Assembly (NCBI GenBank): GCA_051942245.1
Contig: JAVECL010000091.1
Location: forward strand, 1-56,314
Source: Trypethelium eluteriae
Lineage: Eukaryota
Direction of reading: 5' to 3'
Length of the DNA: 56,314 bases
Position numbers and translations under genes: made by a program. The first letter of the stretch is position 1. Each line of letters starts with the position of its first letter. This document shows, piece by piece, positions 12,001 through 23,624 of the stretch. The notes below the pieces were generated by a model. The model worked only from the letters and a program-made list of their open reading frames with translations, did no database searches and was not told the DNA's origin.

Positions 12001-13516
12001 GTCTTGTATGTAACTGCACTCCGGTTCGCACACATTCATGCCGTTGTATGCACTGTAGGGGACCTTGAATAGATTATCATTAGTTATGGAGCGAACAGAT
12101 GGCGGAAAATGGGCGTGAACCTACCGGATAGTTAAGATCGGCAAAATTAAAGGAATAAGGGGCATTTCCATCGACGCCGCGGAAACTCGATAACAGTGAA
12201 GACGGGACTGCAACATATGTGTTCGTATACATATTTCCAAATTCTTTCAAACAATCGTCGCGGGCAAATGCAGAATCAAAAGAAAGGTATGCATAACCAG
12301 AAGTGAAGGTCGTGCCTTGGTAGACAGCGGTGACAGGGCCAGTCGCATTCGCACCCGCAGCTATCGGAGAAAAAGTCAATATGAAATTTGCTTTTGGTGG
12401 GTAAAGGCTGATTACCATTGGAAGCAGCTCTTTTAGAATAGTATGGCTCATCCGTAAGGGTGGATATTCCGGCAGCTGGAGTGCTCGCGCACATGTTCCT
12501 TGAAACAGTCGTAGGGACAGGAAAATATAGCAACTGCACATCTCCCATACTAATTGTGCATTGACCGCAGGCAGCAGAAGTATTGGAGGCGAATGTTTGG
12601 ACGTAATCAAATGTTGACTCTAGGGAGCTTGGCAAAGTGCATGGCGGCAGCGGCGGGGAAGATACGGAGGGGGCTCTCCCAATCTGTTGCGAAGAGCTAT
12701 AGGCAATATAGGGTTTCCATAGCTGACCGCAGGCCTGATCATCTAGGGTGCAAGGTTGAGGAATGGTCCAAGTGATGTCGGGACTGCTAAAACTACTAGC
12801 ATTCACGACCGTCGTAGCCACAATGTTTGTCGCACGATAGGAGATGCTTGCGTTTGCCCGAATTCTCGGAATACCATCGCAGAGAGTCGTATACGCACTG
12901 AACATAGGTATCTCTTGGTTCATCGCCGTCATAGTTTCTGTAGTGAGATATACGCTGGTCCTCCATGCTGCCGAAGATGATGACAACCAGGAATCCGAAC
13001 TGCTCAGCCATGCGAATATTGCGGAAGCACAGCTGGTAGCATTTACAGGATCTGTCAAGACTGGTCAATAATGACCATAACTTACGAGTTGGGAACTTGA
13101 GAGGAAGAAATCCAGACACTGTGAAAACCAAGGAATAGGTAGAAATGGGTGGTTCTCTTATCATTGAGCACTTGAGAAATTGTTTACTTACTGGCCGTAG
13201 GACCTCGATACGTCGCATTAGGATAGGGCAGGCTTGAGGACGATGGTGTCACTGTATTGATGGTAGAGAAGTCTCCTGTGATAGGGTCTGCTTCCAGGCC
13301 TTTTAGTATATAACTGGCTGCGCCGGAGGAGGTAGAAGTACCATCGTCTGTAATTATGACTTCGGACGCGTCGCGTTAGTTGCAGTCATCCGGGCAAGAC
13401 GCAGTGTTTTTCTTCTTGTACTTACTCGGATCATCCATACCCCAAACCCCGCACACTGAGAGACTGAGCGCTACCACAGCCCAATGAAGGGCGTGAAATA
13501 GCTCCATCATGACCAT
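9099..13516 (-). CDS. Large secreted, probably GPI-anchored cell-surface protein (~1343 aa): Cys-rich N-terminal domain, Pro-rich stalk, ~8-9 beta-rich Gly/Val/Thr repeats (paralog P1)
   Basis: Signal peptide MVMMELFHALHWAVVALSLSVCGVWG. Introns 13360-13425, 13052-13191, 12361-12415, 12064-12124 and 11833-11896 join the ORF fragments into one frame (4032 nt). Hydrophobic C-terminus LVFVLACIAAVLF. Confidence 0.82.
11266..11362 (-). repeat. Coding tandem repeat, 24 bp x ~4 (QQPPNAGS)
   Basis: tgtgatcctgcattcggtggctg(c/t) repeated four times, near-perfect, in the P1 stalk. Confidence 0.92.
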
Positions 13517-16504
13517 AGAGAAACAACAAAGGAGAGAGTTTGAGTGAAAAGGAATGTCATCGTACGGACTTACAAGATCAGCGTGCCGTGATGGTTGAGA
13601 GCGCGCTCAATGGCCATCTTGATTTACGCTTCATCATAGAATAAGGCGGGATGCCCAATCCAGATTCATTGGTATAGGGCGACCGTTTGAAGCTGATATC
13701 TCGCCAAGGCTTTGAACGAGCTGAAGCGAAATTTCCACGAAACAAGCCGCGCATGTTCTGCCTATCACGACGGTTGACAGCCATGAACCGCGCGGCGAGT
13801 GTCGCAGAATAAAGTTCTGGACTACTACAACGCAGCTAGTCAGAGTGACTTACCAGTGCTTGCAATTTTAGTGGATCTTGCCGTCTGAACGATAGCTGAT
13901 GCTTCGTCCGTTGGTGGTCGATGGACCTGTCTGAACCTGACGGCTTGAGTGTTGGTTCATGGTAGCCCAACAAATCGGGATGTTGCGATGAGATTGTTGT
14001 CAGCCGCAATCAGGGGAACCTCGTCAACCTTGTGTCCCGCTCTCCTAGTGCCACTCAAACTAAATCAATTTCGAACAAAGCTAGGAAGCTTCACCGAGTC
14101 GTCACACACTGTAAAATTGAATCTGGGTACCGGTCAGTCGATGTGAGAAGACGCTGTTGTGTTTCTGGCTTAGTCAAGTCCCTCCTATCCTGCCGCGCCT
14201 GCCTATTCTCCTGATCAGCATATCCACGCCCTTTAAGGACACTGGGAGCTGTACCCTTTGGGAACGAACAAGATGGCGATGTTCGTAGCTTTAACGATTC
14301 GCATTTCCCGACAGGGATTAACCTTACTCAGATAGTGACAGCCCTTGGTACACGCACGGGACCTGAGCTTCTTGATGCCCAATTGGCAAAGCAATTGCCA
14401 AGCTGCAAATTTTGCAAAAATTGAAGACGGGCGGAATAATGCTTCTCACGTTAACATAAAAGATTAGCCGGACTGCCATTACTCGGACTGAAAACTTCTC
14501 ATTGCAGCATATTGATCGATGCATTACAATAATTACACACGCTCTTTAATTTATGTCGAAGGGATTAAATTCATATCTACGCCAGGCGGAAGCTGAGCTA
14601 GTGATTGATAGGTGTAAATTCGTAACAACAGACCAGGAAAAGGGCGAATTAAAGACATAGCGCTCATGCAACGCTGAATGCAAAGATGAGAAGGAGTATC
14701 ATGTGGTCGGTCTCTGAGAATACAAGCTCGTGATGAAGAAACAAAAGTGTCCACTGTTGTCTTTCCACCTGTATCCCTCCAAGTGTTTTGGCTACATCTG
14801 TTGTGACCAACCCTGTCCCACCAGTCATCGAGTCGCGAGTCTCTCGATGCTACCAACTTGCAAATCAAGAGGACCTACCGTCTTTGGTTCTACGGACCGT
14901 TAGACACTGTTCCACCAAGTGAAAGCGTGCAAGGTGGTTAGCCCTCAACCGCGTTGTACATCATCCCATCGTTCGGATACATCAATCAACGCCTTGCGGA
15001 AAGAGCACCGGGCCGAGCGATGCTGTCTGAGGCGCTCGCAGGCATATCACGGTTATTCCTTTGAGTGCTTCCGAAAAGGGGCTGTGTCACGCTCGGCATA
15101 AAGGTAGAGCGGCCTGGGATAGGAATTAGGTCAGTGAAGATATCTTACTGTGGTAGGGGAATTGCTCATCGGATACACTAGATTCCATGTAACAGACTGT
15201 CAAAAACGGTTGTGTACGTGTAAGCGTGGCGAATTGCGGGTGTGTGCGAAGCCGAGGCATTCGAGAATATCGAGTCCAATGAACTTATGTATTCGCTTGA
15301 GTGAGAGAGCCAAGCAAGGCCGGATTGTGCTAATTACTTCGTACTACAGCAAGGTTTTCGTATCAACAGTTTGCTGTGTTCCTCTACTTGGAATGAGCGG
15401 GCCTCCACCTGGGATGAAACAGAATCTGCATCGTTGGAGAAGTGCTGCCAGCTCAAACCCATGAATTCTAAGTTAACCCAGCTCAATACACAGATCGGTG
15501 AGGGTGAGCAAGAGGCCTGGAGACGGCATATTGCTCGCGCAAGAAGCAAGATATTGCAGCGAAGATCTCGTCCTGTATTCTGTGCTGAGACCATGGTTGA
15601 CACAGTTGCGGTATTCGAAGAACGCAGGACTTGAGGACTTCAACAGACTGTATGCATAGATAGCGCAGAGACTAGCCTGGGCGGGATCTAAATTCGACCG
15701 CGTGTTTGGAGAACGCATCCGAGATCAGATAAACGCCAAGCTTTGGACTCCCGTGAGCAGATGCACTGAGCTCTAGACATAGTGTGGAGAGGCTTAAGGC
15801 GTGGGCAGAAAAAGGATGACCTGGTGCTGGTAACTTGCCGCAGTTCCTTACTCATGAGCCAGATCGGCGAGGACAAGTGACAAGTCAACATGTATCGAAG
15901 CAGTCGCAGGTCATGCTTGCTCAAACACGCAGTGTCTGCTGGGGTGGATGATGAAGGGAGATGGGACAAAAGACGTTTGGAGCGTAACACCAAAGTGGCT
16001 TAGTGGCGATAGCTCGGCGTGGAGAGTGGCCGGGCGCCAGGAAAACGACAGCTCCGAACATACACTGTCTCACGCTTTGTCGCCGCCGCATGAAACCCTT
16101 CCGAAGCTCTATCTGCACGACCAGGATGCAATTGGCTCCTTGATCCGGATGCAAAGAGATCCAGAAGACTTCTATTATTGCCGGACAGGATGGCATGGAG
16201 CAGTCGCGGCCTCAAGGGGCCTCAGGGACCTGTCTCCAGCCGGTTTCAGCGTCTTCAAGCAAAGCGATTATAAGTAATTGACTTTCCATACATCGCCTCG
16301 TGAGTTTCCAAAAATCAGTCTCTTGCTCTCTTTCAAAGGTTTTTTTCGAGTTTTTAATTTGCCAAGACCACTTTCGCTCTCTGGTAAGCTTTCCAAAGTC
16401 CTTGACCTCTTACCATATCGACTAACAACAAAACACAGCCCATTCTCTTTCAACCAAGTCCTTGTGTCAATCTTCACATAATCCAAAGTCAACCTCGAGT
16501 CAAT

Positions 16505-16837
16505 ATGCGCGCCACAATCATCATCGTTGCCGCTCTCAGCGCCCTCGTCTCCGCTCAATCCTCTTCCTCCTCGGCCGCCGGTGCCGGTGCCTCAGGTGCA
16601 GGCAACACCGAACCGATGAGCTTCGCCATTTCGACCGGCACCAGCTCTGGTGAGATGGCTGGCGCCACCACCATGTCCATGGGCTCTGGCTCTGGCTCCT
16701 CTCAGACCACAGGCGGCAGCGGCAGCTCAACCAGCGGCTCCTCCGCCGCAGCAAGCACTGGCAACGCTGGCTCACACTTCGTCGTCCCCGCTGGTGCGGG
16801 TGTCGCAGCGATTGGTCTTGCTGCTCTCATGCTATAG
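16505..16837 (+). CDS. Small Ser/Gly/Thr-rich secreted, probably GPI-anchored protein (110 aa)
   Basis: Signal peptide MRATIIIVAALSALVSA, low-complexity S/G/T body, omega-like GNAG and hydrophobic tail VAAIGLAALML; strong C-ending codon bias. Confidence 0.85.
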   Translation: MRATIIIVAALSALVSAQSSSSSAAGAGASGAGNTEPMSFAISTGTSSGEMAGATTMSMGSGSGSSQTTGGSGSSTSGSSAAASTGNAGSHFVVPAGAGVAAIGLAALML

Positions 16838-17682
16838 GAACCTTCAACTGGCAACTCGCGACAAGAAAAATGACACACCTTTAGGGACTTGGGCTTTGCA
16901 GCAGTGGCATCTTCGGCGTTCTTCTCATTCGTGGTCATCATTCCCCCGCTTTATTCACGCAAAGTTTGGTTCATATATATGCGTCGAGTGATACTCCCAT
17001 TATCATGGCATGGTAGCCGTCGCTGTAATATAGATACTCTTCGTCACCTGGTGTGACATCAAATCAAGCTGCGTTTGATGATCATGATCTGTTCTTCTTG
17101 TGCCAGTATCAATGAGTTGACCTTGTATTAGTGACTGCATCTCTGAGATAGCTCACCGTAGTACGCCATTGGGGGAAGTCCATAACCATATCCCACGCAG
17201 TCATGCTTGACCGTGTTGATTTCCTGCCGCAGTATTAGGAAGTACCGCTCTATCCTCATCCGCTCTCTGCACACAAATGAGAGAGATTCCGATGAATAAA
17301 TTTCGTTGAAGATGCCCTAAATTGTCAGTTGATTTCTATTTGATAAGGGCTGCCTCTACTTCGCGTAAGGCCGGTATCGACGATCAGCTGCGTCGTAGCT
17401 GACAAGCATGATAGATAGCATAAATGTCCATGGGGCGGGACTCAGAATTGGCCTGACCAAATAGCTTTGAGATTCTTTGAGGCATGCATTTGGGTAGATA
17501 ATGATGAATACTGATTGCACAGATCTTGTTCCCTTCAATTTCGAAAAGAGAGGTTATGGCAACACGATACTCTGGATAAAACTAGACTTTGGCCGAGACA
17601 CCGCGCTGACAATGCCCACGATTAATTGATAGTATCCAACATGGAGCACCGACACCGCATCCAATTTCAAAAACGGTAGGTA

Positions 17683-20345
17683 TCATCGCAAATCTTTTGC
17701 ACTCCGCTCTTCCGCTTCCATCCTTTCCCTCTGAACGTCCAACCCTCTCAGCCTCATAGCGAGCAGCCCTCCCGGCGGACTAGCCGGATATCCCGCCTCT
17801 CCTCTTATCAATTTATCATAACTCGTTACTCTTACCAGTTCTGCCCCATCGCCGCCACCAAAATCGCTCATCTCCTGCCCCATGGGACTCCCCATGGTAC
17901 CATTGCTGTAGCCATTGCTACTACTAGCGCCATCTCCATCCCCGGTCTGCCTCGACTCCGGCCGTCCTGACTCCCGGCTCCCCGGTCTCGACAGCAGCGT
18001 CTGCAGTCTCGTAAAACTCAGCGGGATGGGCTCCACGCCACGACTATGATACGGGTACGACGACCCAAACGATCTCGTCGACAACGGCTGCGGATACGGC
18101 GACACCAACCCATCCAGCCCATCCAACTCCGCCGCCGACGGCACAACCCCCGCGCTCCGCCGCTTATACATCCGCTCCGACGAACCCGCCTGCCCCGGCG
18201 CCGCCCCCCCAATATTCGAATCCCGCAACGGCTTGTACGCGCTGTACCGCGGCTCGGGGAGCTGGATCTCGTTCCGCAGCCGCTCCTTCCCGTCCGGCAC
18301 GCGGTTCGCAAAGACGACGCGGACGCTCTTGTACAGGAAATATCGCCCCTTGCTCGGGCAGCAGATGTGCAGGTGGATGAGATACCGCAGCACGGGACGC
18401 TCGCTCGGATCGTCCGAAGTTGAGAGCGCGGCTTCTGGGCGATCGGTGCCGAGGTTGCGTCGCGTGGAGACGGGCATGTCGATGATGGGGCCGGCGGAGT
18501 ACGAGCGCTGGCGGAGGAAGGTTTTTGTCCCTGCGGGCATGTCTGAGAGGTCGTAGGGGACGAGGAAGAGTTTGACGGCGGTTTTGTTGGGGTTCTTGAT
18601 GACGATTTGGAGTTGGCCTTGAGGAGGAATCCGGTAGCTGCCGCCGGGTGGCGCCTTGGGGGAGGTGGAGCGTCGTTTCATTTTCTCGCGTTTGCGCTGC
18701 TCCGCTTTGGTGAGTGTGCTCCGATCGGTATCACTTCTTGATTGCGAAGGTTCGTCAAAGTCGCTGGGCGTGAGCTGGCGCTGCCGTCGGAGACTGTCTT
18801 TCCGTGATTCGTTGGATTGAAGCGAGTGTTCTAGATCGACCAGGCCAACGTATGGACTTGGTGAATCTTCGGAGATGGAGGCGCGTCGGCCGTTTCCTTG
18901 CCCATAGCTGTAGAATACAGCGGGAAATGGTACTGTGGCGTGCGGTGGACACTTGAGCTGTGGTTTGCATTTACCACGTCCCAGGACGCCAATTTGAGCA
19001 ATAAAATTGAGTGGTCTGGAAGGCGTGGTAGACATTCGACCTCTCAAAATAGATTCTTCATATGAGCCGACCATAGGGGCATTGAGGGGCGATATGTCTG
19101 GAATTGAGGGACGCCTTGGCTGAACTTGAGGAGTTTGAGGGGTGGAGGCCGAAAGGGAATGGAATCCATTCAACGATCGGCGAGGCTGATGTGCTTGATA
19201 AGGGGCACTGCTGTCCCCTCGGATAGTTCTTGGCAAACGTGAGCTATGAGATGAAGATGGACTTTGACGAGTTTGAAATGTCTGAAAAGATTGAGGAGAG
19301 AAGGTATGGCGCCTATTAGTGTCAGGACTTCTACGTTCTCTACTTGGTGAACTCCTTGGTGATCCAATATCCGCATTGTTGGACTGTTGCACGAGCGGGC
19401 TCGAAGGTGGCTGATAGAAGAATCCAGTCTTCGAAAGACTTTGTGAAATGGCCCGAGATCTTGTAGGGAGTAGTCTTAAGTCTTCAAAGTCTGTTGATTG
19501 CTGATCATCATTGTAGAGATTCCTGCGAGCATTCGCTGGGAATGAACTATGCCAAGGCGCTGGTGGCGATGTTGATATTGGTTGTCTTGACAGACTTAGC
19601 AACTCATGAGGCTCTTCTGACCGTTGTGTAGACTCCGAAGCCTGTTGCCGAAAATCTCCTGAATGCAAAGCCGACCTTGGCCGCTCGATCTCCATTCCTG
19701 CGTTCCAGTTGCTCGTGTGAACGTCTTCCTCTTCCTTTGACGAATCCTTCGAGATATTTTTAAGCTCAACAGGAGGCAAAAGAGGCGAGGGTGAATTTCG
19801 AGCATTTGAGGAGCGAGAGCCCGGTCTGCTGCGATCTTTACTGGCAGGTCTGGCATGCTGTGAGGTATCAACCATTAGTGTTAAGTATGGGAAGTAAAGC
19901 GTCATGTTGAACATATGAATGTAACGTGATTTGGGAAGAGATAAAAGTTGTCGTCCGAAAATTGCCAGATAGCATGAGACATGATAAGAACAGACGGCGT
20001 GTGAGATGGGAAACCGGAAGGTCCATTCCAAGGGCAACCTAGCACCCATGAAAAGAGAAAGAGCTTTGGACATACATTCTGTATGGGGCTTTGGGCCCGT
20101 TTCAACCTCTGAATGAGTTGACCACGACTGATCCCAGAACCAGCAACATAGCTGCCATACGCTATTGCTTGGTTTTGCAGAGCGGTAAACGGATATTGCG
20201 TTTCTCGGCGAGACGGAGGTCTTGAAGATTCATTGCTGGAACGTGATTGTATAAGCTCGAGGTTGTTGTTCTCGTGCATGGCCGTCTCCTCGGATGTATA
20301 CGCCTCAGAAGGCGGTTCCCCTTGGACGTCATGAAAGATTGGCAT
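17683..20345 (-). CDS. FAM214/Atos-like protein (DUF4210 + Chromosome_seg domain)
   Basis: Exon 1 20345-20076 (MPIFHD...), intron 19858-20075. Motifs MVGSYEESILRGRMS, FIAQIGVLG..KCPPH..VPFPAVFY, SPYVG, YRIPPQGQLQIVIKNPNKTAVKLFLVPYDLSDMPAGTKTFLRQR, LRYLIHL. Confidence 0.88.
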
Positions 20346-21029
20346 GTTTCAACATTGAACCTCCTAACGCCAGCATGAACAAGAGATGCAGAGATCCTCT
20401 TATCGTAAGACTCTTTCGGGGGGAAAGAAAGTGTTTTCAGTGGCTTGCATGAGAAAACTTCTCCCGGAAAGAGCTGCGGCTACCACAGCATCAGTCAGAC
20501 GTCTCATGCGTTGGCAAAGCACTGTCGCCACCTTCTGGTCGGAAGAATGGAAGCTCGAGTATATCTCGGAGTCTAAATCAAATTTCTTGAACCGAGCAAA
20601 GACACAAAGACAGGAAGCGAGAGCGGTACGAAACACTGGAGCGACAAAGAGCAATGTAGCAGCGACGAAGGAGGTGGTGCAGCAGTTGGTGGCCAGCAGA
20701 TCACCTGGCCTTGACGCAGCATCATGACGGGATTCTCTGGCCGAAACCGCTTTCAGCCAAGGGTGCAAGGTTGATTCACGCGGCTGCGGGCTGCGACGAA
20801 GAAGGCAGGCATAATAAAGTCATAAAGTAATGCTGAGATGGCTCAATCTTATCCCTCCACCCTTCCGTCTCTTATCCAAGCGTGTCTAGGCCCACGTTTG
20901 TTCCACGGTTGACCCGAGCCTTTGAGCGTGCCCCGCCTCGTCTCGCCGCCAGCTCCCGCAACCTTTCTCCGTCCAACCATTGCCCTTTCGGCGCATGTCC
21001 GTGCCTGAGGCTGGCTGTCGCCCTCTATC
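20346..21029. promoter_or_regulatory. Bidirectional promoter/5' UTR region between the FAM214-like gene (-) and FYV7 (+)
   Basis: 684 bp between divergent ATGs; pyrimidine-rich leader-like tracts on each side. Confidence 0.5.
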
Positions 21030-21795
21030 ATGGGGCAGAAGAGGCCGAGAGATGATGCGGACTCTGCCTTGGCAAAGCCGCCCGAGGAGAAGCGTGTCAG
21101 AAAAGGATTTTCTGTAGGCCCTGCAAACTTACCAGACGGAACTTACAAGCGGAAAGGTACATGATCACACCACAATTCGGAAAGCTGTCGCAACGACTGA
21201 CTCAGCCCTAGTCCAAAAGATCAAAAAAGATCTCATTCAGAGGGCGAAGCTCAAAAAGCGATATGCTAAGCTCAAGGCACGAGAACAGGAGGAGGCCCAA
21301 AAGAGCAAGGCACCGCCCACCGTTACAAGCCATATCCCTGAGCACCACGAAGAGGATACCAAGGATGAAGTCGAGGACGACACTGACAGTGATGACTTTG
21401 CTGGATTTTCCTCGGAGCCGCCCAAGCTCGATGTACCCGATACATCAGCGACTTTACCTGTGAAGCCTTCCTCTGCGAACGATCTAACCGATGATCAGCA
21501 TGCATCAATCGAGCAAGCGCCAGATGAGCAGGTGCATCCACAACGCCGGCAGCGGGTCCGTCCGCATACTTTCGGCAGAGAAGAGGCATATGCAAACACG
21601 AAGCGGAAGGAGGCTGAAGAGCGGCAGAAAGCTAGAGAAGAGGCAGCACAGCAGCGGCAGCAAAAACTGGAGGAAAGAGAGCGATTTCGAAGAGCTATGG
21701 CGAAGGCAAAAGCACCAGGCAGGGACGGAAAGAGAAACCTGGGAAGGGAAAGCAAGGTACTGTTGGAGAAAGTAAAGAAGGTAATGGCATCATGA
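21030..21795 (+). CDS. FYV7: rRNA-processing protein FYV7-like (basic, coiled-coil)
   Basis: MGQKRPRDD...[18 protein letters not shown] / intron 21157-21211 / [23 protein letters not shown]-terminal RRAMAKAK...[14 protein letters not shown]. Confidence 0.75.
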
Positions 21796-23624
21796 TACCC
21801 CGGCGTATTTCCTCTGCCACTGGTGCATAGAATATGAATGGGATGCATTCCCAGTCTCGTTGAGGATTCATGAAAACCATACTGCATTTTGCACGTTGCC
21901 AATAGATGATCACAATAAGACATCGCTAAATATGCATGAGGACGCTCCTTCTCGCGGTAGTCCGCCTTGCTCCAGAGTCTCACCAGGACTCGTCGGATAC
22001 GTCTCATGCCTCGCTCGGTCGCTGCTATGCCAATCACTCGATCTTGAGCTGGACGCGCCTGCGTGCATGCGTGCGAGACAAAATTGAAGTCAACGATCTT
22101 TGAGTACGAGTTTGTCTTTTTAATGTATGGCAGGTTTCGTAATTTATCGGATGATACATTGCTGCGCAAACATCGTGCACAAGCCCAACGGGGACTTGGC
22201 CTTTCGTCACTCATTTCTTGTTGCTGCCTGTCGCAAATACAGTTCAAGATGATCTCAATATTCCATTCTCTCCTTAGCTTTGTCCCTTGTAGTGACTGTT
22301 CTCGATTTCACCACAAGTTTCTTGTCCATCTTCCCCAGCTACATGTCGCTCCTTTTTCCAGTACATTTTACTGCGTGTTTCTCCGATTACGACGTCAGTC
22401 AGGATTTCGAGATTCTTTCGCCAGTCAAATCATAAGCTTAGCTGGTTCAATTCATAGCGACGGTGAATCTTCCTCAGTCGATGCTCACACGGGTGCAGGA
22501 TGAACGGCCCATCTCTGCTGGACCCACCGTCCCTCGCCCTCTCTCGTGTACTGCAGAGGACAAAGCTCACCAAAGCAACAAGGAAGAATAGTGGCGAAAG
22601 GGCGTTGTGTCAAGAAGCGAACTTCTTGGTCAAGTGGGAGCGTATTGAGGATGGGACGGCTGGATTAGCCACAATAACTATAAGCTCATAAAAGAGCAGG
22701 TAGAGCGATGTCGGGGAGATTTTCTCGGAGGCTGCACGACGACAGATGAGGGAAGGAATCAGTAGATGAAAGTCTGGCCATCCACGGACAAAGAAACGCG
22801 TAAATTGTCCGTCCTTTTTGTAGCGCTCATGTTGACCCTGCCGTTTCTGTGCAACGATGTTATATACATAGAGCAAAGAATTTTCGATAACTAGTTTCTC
22901 GATCCCCAAATCGTTTTTATGGTCTGCTCGCTATCGATTTTACCCTACTAGAAAATGATAGCTTCAGTTTGGACCCATGAAAATTCTGTCGAGCACGGAT
23001 CTGTCTTCGCTCTTTCGCCAAACGTTTTGACTGCGCTGGCTGGAAAACCTTCAAACGTTGTGGTCTACACCCATGACGTGTTCACAAAAGGACCATATCG
23101 CCTACTACTATATCCCGAATAATTGTTGTAGCGGATAGCAGCCACATAAAACTCAGAGTACACAAAATGCCATGGAACAGTACCCTATTCTCGTCCGATT
23201 TGGCGCAACTGGATGGATTCGTGTTGTGTGGACAGACAGCCATCCAACCCGACCAACCAACAACGCCCAGAAAAGCTTGTACATTTGCAACTGGAGATTT
23301 TCAGAAATTCTCTATTGCTCAAGTATCACTTGACTTCGGAAATAGTCTGGGAGATCCGAGTCCATATCTCCTATTTCGTAATATCTGCCCATGAAAATTT
23401 CGCGTCCTCCATAGAACCGTCTCTTTCTTTGAAAAGAGCCTCGGGACTCTAAGATGGCTTTACTTCTCAATACCAACGGAAGTTAGTCTTACCTTGAGTT
23501 CGCCAAATCTTTCCTCTAGGATCCTGCCATTAGCTGCACGGCCAACTCAAAGACCAACCATTCCCCCGTGGATGGCGTTGGACTTGATTGAACTCGGCAT
23601 CATCCGCAGCGTGAGCGTCATCTA

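Noticed and set aside
13086..13118. Possible 33-nt micro-exon in P1
   Set aside because: It would need a 34-nt downstream intron, which is implausibly short; a single intron 13052-13191 keeps the frame.
21495..22247. 250-aa - strand ORF overlapping the FYV7 3' end
   Set aside because: TTG start, partly antisense to FYV7, no family motif.
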